28,851 nucleotides of DNA from Polyangiaceae bacterium (GTDB taxonomy: Bacteria; Myxococcota_A; Polyangia; Polyangiales; Polyangiaceae). The position numbers and the translations under genes were made by a program. Shown here one piece after another: positions 27,138 to 28,851 of the stretch. The notes under the pieces were generated by a model. The model did not search any database, was not told the DNA's origin, and was given only the letters and a program-made list of their open reading frames with translations. How positions within the stretch are numbered: the first letter of the stretch is position 1; every line of letters begins with the position of its first letter. Location of the stretch: positions 1-28,851 of the forward strand of contig DATDJP010000348.1 of NCBI GenBank assembly GCA_036520475.1, in the 5' to 3' direction.

Positions 27138-27211
27138 GCCGGTTCAACCCCGGTCTGCACACCGCTGCAGTAGCTCATTGGTAGAGCATGGGACACGACC
27201 TGATAAGTCGT
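27138..27211 (+). other. Permuted or fragmentary tRNA-like element: T-arm plus 3' acceptor strand, followed by a 5' acceptor strand, D-arm and an Ile(GAT) anticodon arm
   Basis: GCCGG-TTCAACC-CCGGT-CTGCACA-CC, then GCTGCAG-TA-GCTC-ATTGGTA-GAGC-(atgggac)-ACGAC-CTGATAA-GTCGT. Five of 7 acceptor pairs are possible after circular permutation. There is no T-arm downstream, so this is not a canonical tRNA. Confidence 0.35.
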
Positions 27212-27558
27212 TTGGCATCACCAGGTACCGAGAGCTCAGAGATCCACTCCGGCCATTAGACCCGGTCTATCTGCCGGAACTTCTCGGCGCACCGACAGTG
27301 ACGCGCTCCAGGCGCAAACGAGGGCCGTCGTACGGCGATCGCCCGAGTCCCCGCCTCGAAGCCCAGAGCTGCTCGCCGCGCCGGAAAGCCGCGACGTTCG
27401 AGCGCGACAGCGCAATCCCGAGCTTCCGTAGAAGCTCGGCGAGCAGCGCTGTGCCCTCGACGTCAGGAAGCTCGAGCTCTCGGTACCGTTTTTTTTACTT
27501 CGCGACCTCACGTCGAGATCGCCCGCGAACCGACGGCATCGGCAAGGAGCATCCTCTC

Positions 27559-28662
27559 ATGTTGAAACGAATTCGAGTCAAGCTGAGCGAGCGGGTGGTC
27601 ATTTTCAAGAACGGCCTTCCGCTTCGCGCCTACGGTCCGGGCCGACACCTGCTCTGGGGTCGCAATCTCAGCGAGCAGCGCTGGGACACCGACAAGCTCG
27701 TGTTCCACGCGCTCCCGGAGGTGCGCGCGGCGCTGCCGGCCGAGTGGTACCGCGAGGTGACGCTGGGCGCGCTCGAGCGTGGTGTGCTTTACCGCGACGG
27801 CGTACCGGTGGGCTTCCTGCGTCCGGGCGTGCACCGCTACTGGACCGCAGATCCGTCCGTGCGCCTTTCGGTGTTCGATGTCGCCGAACCGCTGCCGCCG
27901 CTCACGGCGGAGCTCGAGGCGCTCATTCCGAGCTCGGAGTACATCGACGTAACTGTGCAAGCGCACGAAAAGGGTTTGCGTTTCGAGCAGGGCCGCCTGG
28001 TCACCGTGCTCGGACCGGGGCGTTACAAATTGTGGACGCACCCGGAAGCGCGCAGCCAGATCGCGAACGTCGACATGCGTCGCACGGAAGTGAGCATCGC
28101 GGGCCAGGAGCTGATGACCCGTGACAAGGTGACCTTGCGCCTGACTTTGACGGTGGAATACGCCATCGAGGATGCGGTGCTGGCCACTCAGAAGCTCACG
28201 AACCTGCGCGACTCGGTGTACCTGGCCGTTCAGCTCGCCGCTCGTGACTATGTCGCGGGCGTCACGCTGGATCAGCTGCTCGAAGGCCGCGAGGCTCTGA
28301 CTCGCTACCTCGAGCAGGACGTCGTGCCGAAGGCGGCGCGTTTCGGCGCGCGCGTCGAACGGGTGGGCGTCAAGGACGTGGTCTTGCCGGGCGAGATGAA
28401 GACCCTGTTGAACCGCGTGATCGAGGCCGAGAAGGAAGCCGCGGCCAACGTCATTCTCCGCCGGGAGGAGACGGCGGCGACCCGCTCGCTCGTGAACACG
28501 GCGCGCCTGATGGCGGAGCAGCCAATTTTGCTGCGCCTGAAGGAGCTCGAGGCCATGAAGGAGATCGCCGGGCAGATCAAGGAAGTGCGCGTGGTCGTCG
28601 GTTCCGACAACCTCAAGGCGCTTCTGCCTGCTGAGCTGCTCGGCAAAGCTCAGCTGTCCTGA
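27559..28662 (+). CDS. SPFH (band-7/stomatin-prohibitin-like) domain protein, soluble, with a triplicated N-terminal motif
   Basis: AAGGAG RBS 8 nt upstream of ATG27559. Classic SPFH core (...VTLRLTLTVEYAIEDAV..., coiled-coil EAEKEAAANVILRREE...). No TM helix. Three ~45-aa repeats of E[RQ]GV..R.G.P....PG.H..W precede the core. The upstream 127 codons of ORF 27178 are Ser/Arg-rich junk. Confidence 0.85.
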   Translation: MLKRIRVKLSERVVIFKNGLPLRAYGPGRHLLWGRNLSEQRWDTDKLVFHALPEVRAALPAEWYREVTLGALERGVLYRDGVPVGFLRPGVHRYWTADPSVRLSVFDVAEPLPPLTAELEALIPSSEYIDVTVQAHEKGLRFEQGRLVTVLGPGRYKLWTHPEARSQIANVDMRRTEVSIAGQELMTRDKVTLRLTLTVEYAIEDAVLATQKLTNLRDSVYLAVQLAARDYVAGVTLDQLLEGREALTRYLEQDVVPKAARFGARVERVGVKDVVLPGEMKTLLNRVIEAEKEAAANVILRREETAATRSLVNTARLMAEQPILLRLKELEAMKEIAGQIKEVRVVVGSDNLKALLPAELLGKAQLS

Positions 28663-28679
28663 GACGCTGCGCGAGGACG

Positions 28680-28730
28680 GCCCTCGGTTGCCCTGACCGG
28701 CGACCGAGGGCTAGCACTACTCTGACAGAT
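28680..28730 (+). terminator. Hairpin (9-bp stem gccctcggt/accgagggc, 14-nt loop) 17 bp after the SPFH stop, with a weak distal T-rich run
   Basis: Read directly. The U-tract is not adjacent, so this is weak. Confidence 0.3.
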
Positions 28731-28851
28731 TTTACTTTCCATCTGCGCCAGAGTTTGCTCCATTGCGCGCCGTGCAAAGCGCGGTAGCAAAGCAGGACCC
28801 TTACGAGCGGGAGTTTGACCGATGGGTTGAGCCGTTCCTCGAAGCGTTCCA

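Noticed and set aside
27465-27500. T8 run preceded by the gagctcgagctc palindrome as a terminator
   Set aside because: The palindrome has no loop, so it cannot form a hairpin. The T-run alone is notable in high-GC DNA but insufficient.
1-28851. CRISPR arrays, IS elements or integrase genes
   Set aside because: No spacer-repeat periodicity, transposase or integrase-like ORFs were seen. The only mobile-element-like signals are the HNH fragments, the 30-bp motif pair and the tRNA-like scar.

Overview
The window is about 70% GC with no low-GC island. It has many secreted lipoproteins, a MopE-like Cys/Asp motif protein and a fragmented HNH-endonuclease family, which fits a large myxobacterial-type (Myxococcota-like) chromosome; that placement is inference. 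Solid housekeeping calls are class-I DAHP synthase (7319-8389), a pentose-phosphate operon on the minus strand (gnd-zwf-pgl, 20263 down to 16503) preceded by an ethanolamine-type APC permease, a divergent LysR/glutathione S-transferase/PNPOx-like detox module with a perfect AT-rich palindrome in its intergenic region, a GT4 glycosyltransferase, a class-II UvrA paralog that lacks the UvrB-binding domain, a PHB-depolymerase-family esterase lipoprotein, a Sel1-repeat protein and a soluble SPFH protein. The most interesting locus is 2734-5827. A PqqE/MftC-like radical-SAM enzyme with a SPASM domain sits between a small zinc-ribbon/TM/MopE-like Cys-Asp-rich protein and a secreted CXXCH lipoprotein with a Cys-rich tail. 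This looks like an undescribed peptide or protein maturation system. Other oddities: two fragments of one HNH-endonuclease family 5.5 kb apart in opposite orientation, each next to a shared ~30-bp motif; paired (GTGAAC)n elements upstream of the DAHP synthase gene; and a circularly permuted tRNA-Ile(GAT)-like fragment set with a promoter/terminator-rich ~1-kb non-coding stretch before the SPFH gene. Many long ORFs in the six-frame track are antisense artefacts of high GC and were rejected.
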